DNA of 50,131 bases from Octopus bimaculoides (lineage: Eukaryota). The notes beneath the pieces are model-generated. The model saw only the letters and a program-made list of their open reading frames with translations. It was not told where the DNA came from and made no database searches. Both the position numbers and the translations under genes were made by a program. This document shows, one piece after another, positions 47,834 through 50,131 of the stretch (its first letter is position 1; each line of letters begins with the position of its first letter). Location: NCBI RefSeq assembly GCF_001194135.2, contig NC_068987.1, forward strand, positions 23,198,439 through 23,248,569, read 5' to 3'.

Positions 47834-48174
47834 TGTGAAGGCGCATGGCTCAGTGGTTAGAGTGTCAGGTTCACAATCATGAAGTAGTGAGTTTGATCCC
47901 CGGACCGGGCTGTGTGTTGGGTTTTTGAGCAAGGCACGTTATTTCACGTTCCTCCAGTTCACTCAGCTGTAGAAATGAGTGGCGATATCACTGATGCCAA
48001 GCCGTATCGGCCCCTTTGCCTTTCCCTTGGATAACATCGATGGCATGGAGAGGGTAGATTAGTATGCATGAGCGACTGCTGGTCTTCCATAAACAACCTT
48101 GCCCTGACTTGTGCCTCAGAGGATAACTTTCTAGGTGCAATCCCATGGCCATTCATAACCGAAGGGGGTCTTTA
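47834..48174 (+). mobile_element. CORE-type tRNA-derived SINE (family D), full length
   Basis: A box tggctcagtggttag, B box gagtttgatcc, CORE-like ttgagcaaggcacgttatttcacgttcctccagttcactcagctgtagaaatg; homologous to 2835-3158. Confidence 0.85.
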
Positions 48175-48203
48175 ATGTGGTATTGAACCTTAATCCGCAG
48201 GAT

Positions 48204-48578
48204 GCTGTTGTTGTTGGCACTCGAGGGTTCCAGTTGATCCGATCAACAGAACAGCCTGCTCGTGAAATTAACGTGCAAGTGGCTGAGCACTCCACAGACA
48301 CGTGTACCCTTAACGTAGTTCTCGGGGACATTCAGCGTGACACAGTGTGACAAGGCTGGCCCTTTGAATTACAGGCACAACAGAAACAGGAAGTAAGAGT
48401 GAGAGAAAGTTGTGGTGAAAGAGTACAGCAGGGTTCGCCACCATCCCACTGCCAGAGCCTCGTGGAGCTTTAGGTGTTTTCGCTCAATAAACACTCACAA
48501 CGCCCGGTCTGGGAATCGAAACCGCGATCCTATTACCGCGAGTCCGCTGCCCTAACCACTGGGCTATTGCACCTCCAC
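48204..48578 (-). mobile_element. SINE family A, full length, 10-bp TSD, (CAA)n tail
   Basis: Exact TSD TCCGCAGGAT at 48194-48203 and 48579-48588; small deletion near the 3' end relative to 17314-17701. Confidence 0.92.
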
Positions 48579-49210
48579 TCCGCAGGATAAAGTAAGGGGC
48601 TAAACAACAACTACAAAAGCCACAGCCAACAACAACAACAACAACCACAATAACAACAATACTATTATTAACGACTGAATGACGTAGATTATATGAAGCA
48701 AATTAGCCTTCTTGGTACAGCAGAGAAATCGCCCTCAATCTACATCCAGTCACCTTCGTAATAGAATGGGAAAAGCAAGTAAGAAAGTCGTAGATATATT
48801 ATGATTATAAGATACTTAGGTTGCATCTACAACGCATTTTATTATGGGCCTGCTTGGTGAGGGCCAACTCGGTATTATATAACAATAACTATGCAAGCAG
48901 TAAACCTCTAACATTAAGAATTAAGGTTTATTACTTCGAGCAAATTATAAATTATTCATATGCATTCATATAATTTTTCTCCACCTCTCCCTATACGACG
49001 AAAAGCGAGCCCGGAGAAAATAATCAATCAGATAACCAACCAACCAACCAATATTAATATCAGCTATTATTATTATGAGATACAGATACTCACTTTCATC
49101 TCTAAAGCCCGCATTTGACCTTAAATACTCAATGTATATGATACGTCAATAAAATATGGTATTATATTGTTACGGTTTCCATGACAACAATTGTTGTATT
49201 CAAAGGAAAT

Positions 49211-49274
<64 letters not shown>

Positions 49275-49449
49275 AGAGGCTGGTGGTGGGGGAGACCGAA
49301 AAGGACAATGACTCGAATGTCAAGATATCGGTCCTTGGTATTAAATGAGTGACCATTGATCAGCTTGATTTCTGTACCAACGCGTGACATAGAAAAAGGA
49401 AAGAAAGGAAAACGGACAATGTTATACTAACGCAAGACTAACGCCCCCG

Positions 49450-49451
49450 CT

Positions 49452-49488
<37 letters not shown>

Positions 49489-49890
49489 CAATCAATAATT
49501 GTACTAATCGTTACCCTTACCACAACCATCATCATCATCATCGCCGTCGACATTGTCATTAACATCATCATCATCTTCATCACCATCATCACTCTCAACA
49601 TTATCGTCGTCGTCGTCGTCAGCATCATCATCACCAACATCATCGTCGTCATTGTCGTCATTATCATCATCATCATCATCATCATCATCAACATTATCGT
49701 CAGCGTCACCGGCATTATCATCACCACCACCATCATCACTAACACAGTCATCTCCATCGTATCAGCAGCAGCAGCGCCATTGGCAATATTACCATCGTCG
49801 TCGTCGTCGTCGTCATCATCATCATCATCCTCATCATCATCATCATCACCATCATCAAGACCATCATTATCATCGCCACCGTCAGCATCG
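49450..49890. repeat. Cryptic (ATC/GTC/ACC)n trinucleotide array
   Basis: Direct inspection. Confidence 0.9.
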
Positions 49891-50088
49891 CCTCGCTGTC
49901 ACCCTCCTATAAACACTGTCTTCGCAATCACCGGGAAGTATCAGAAAGCATCACTTTTATTCCTGGGATTTTCAAGGTTACAAAATGTCAAACGTACTGA
50001 GCATTGTAAAAGTTTCTGCGTGTAAGATGTATGCACGAATAAGTACAATAAATACACATATGTACAGATATAATTACATATATCGTGT

Positions 50089-50131
<43 letters not shown>

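Noticed and set aside
47-50025. Dozens of ORFs rich in HT/YI/CV/LS/ER dipeptides or homopolymers, and ORFs spanning X runs
   Set aside because: Translations of (CA)n, (TA)n, (TG)n, (CT)n and trinucleotide microsatellites, or of N gaps, which lack stop codons. No domain content.
1-50131. CRISPR arrays, rRNA, prokaryotic or viral systems
   Set aside because: No regularly spaced repeat-spacer units, rRNA-like sequence or gene-dense segments. The window is eukaryotic repeat-rich DNA.

Overview
AT-rich, microsatellite-saturated metazoan genomic scaffold with about 7.1 kb (~14%) of N gaps. The repeat complement and style point to a coleoid cephalopod, most likely Octopus; this is an inference from recognised repeat types, not a search. 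Only one credible host protein-coding gene is present: an apparently intronless 165-aa PH-domain-only ORF (6051-6548, +) with a TATA/Inr core promoter, a short uORF and a C-terminal LxxLxE-acidic motif resembling a PP2A-B56 docking site. The rest is intergenic or intronic DNA containing: (i) at least four tRNA-headed SINE families, here labelled A-D, one of them a CORE-type SINE; (ii) decayed DNA transposons (DD34D mariner, Tc1, a TIR-to-TIR pogo/POGK-like element with nested SINEs, hAT-derived MITEs); (iii) 3' ends of an L1/Tx1-clade LINE and an RLE-type (R4/Dong-like) LINE meeting tail-to-tail in an (ATT)n tract; (iv) several long fold-back palindromes, one carrying a minimal hammerhead-ribozyme-like core of the type found in Penelope-like elements. 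Nearly all other entries in the ORF track are microsatellite or gap artefacts. No rRNA, bona fide tRNA or CRISPR features are supported. All alignments and structures were assessed by eye.
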